This document shows, one piece after another, positions 63,282-63,365 of a stretch of 63,365 nt of DNA; positions within the stretch are counted from its first letter, which is position 1, and the number at the start of each line of letters is the position of its first letter. The position numbers and the translations under genes are program-made. The notes below the pieces were generated by a model, which made no database searches, was not told where the DNA came from, and was given only the letters and a program-made list of their open reading frames with translations. The stretch lies in assembly GCA_964439805.1 (NCBI GenBank), contig CAYTOI010000005.1:1-63365 (forward strand). Direction: 5' to 3'. The DNA is from an uncultured Pseudomonadales bacterium (GTDB lineage: Bacteria > Patescibacteriota > Microgenomatia > UBA1400 > MFAQ01).

Positions 63282-63365
63282 ATTTACCTTCAAGGTCGTT
63301 AAGCTTAACTCTTAAAATTTGTTTTAACATATCCAAGGACTCGGTAATGAAATTTTTACCCTTAC
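63268..63365 (-). CDS. 3' end of a window-truncated CDS, function unknown
   Basis: The minus-strand frame is open from the window edge: ...KGKNFITESLDMLKQILRVKLNDLEGKYDKN, ending at TAA (63268..63270). It overlaps the ATG at 63281 by 14 nt. Only 32 codons are visible. Confidence 0.35.
   Translation of the reverse strand, partial: KGKNFITESLDMLKQILRVKLNDLEGKYDKN

Noticed and set aside
1-63365. CRISPR arrays, tRNA, rRNA or other structured RNA genes.
   Set aside because: I saw no regularly spaced direct repeats. The intergenic gaps are 0-102 nt, and the longest ones are accounted for by a terminator, promoter-like boxes and one hairpin. There is no space for such genes.
1-63365. Transposase, integrase or IS elements as drivers of the paralogue expansion.
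   Set aside because: No ORF shows DDE, tyrosine or serine recombinase features. No long terminal inverted repeats or direct-repeat flanks were seen. The only repeat-like elements are the two short palindromes reported above.
1-63365. Alternative genetic code (UGA recoded, as in some candidate phyla).
   Set aside because: Long uninterrupted ORFs with coherent family motifs fill the window under the standard code. TGA terminates well-defined genes exactly at coupled junctions (for example 30643..30645 and 44824..44826).

Overview
This is an AT-rich bacterial window read with the standard genetic code. It is almost gap-free: the largest intergenic gap is about 100 nt. Genes fall into seven blocks of alternating strand. 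I found no rRNA, tRNA, CRISPR array, transposase or integrase. Nearly every gene relates to envelope glycans.

The main feature is an unusually large set of polytopic, lipid-carrier-dependent GT-C-type glycosyltransferases. At least 18 complete genes plus one truncated at the left edge occupy about 29 kb:
- 10 complete 'family A' ArnT/PMT_2-like paralogues, six of them in a head-to-tail, translationally coupled run
- one more canonical ArnT/PMT_2-like gene
- three 'family B' paralogues
- two PTPS-related-type membrane proteins
- one YfhO-type and one PIG-V-like

Five further giant membrane proteins of unknown family may add to this count. Around them sit ten GT2 genes (some with the architecture of polyprenyl-phosphate-sugar synthases), three or four GT4/GT-B genes, two MOP/Wzx flippases, three SAM methyltransferases and one SDR epimerase. 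A B12-binding radical SAM enzyme is paired with a [3Fe-4S]-type ferredoxin.

Other observations:
- a GC-rich palindromic element inserted in frame in one GT-C paralogue, with a related hairpin between ferredoxin and radical SAM
- two small membrane proteins resembling the central loop of family A
- a paralogue whose catalytic Asp is replaced
- a self-contained orphan gene with its own promoter-like box, SD and terminator
- -10-like boxes directly abutting start codons, suggesting leaderless mRNAs
- convergent genes whose 3' ends overlap

All family assignments are by-eye motif recognition. No searches were run. The lineage guess (CPR/Patescibacteria-like) is inference only.
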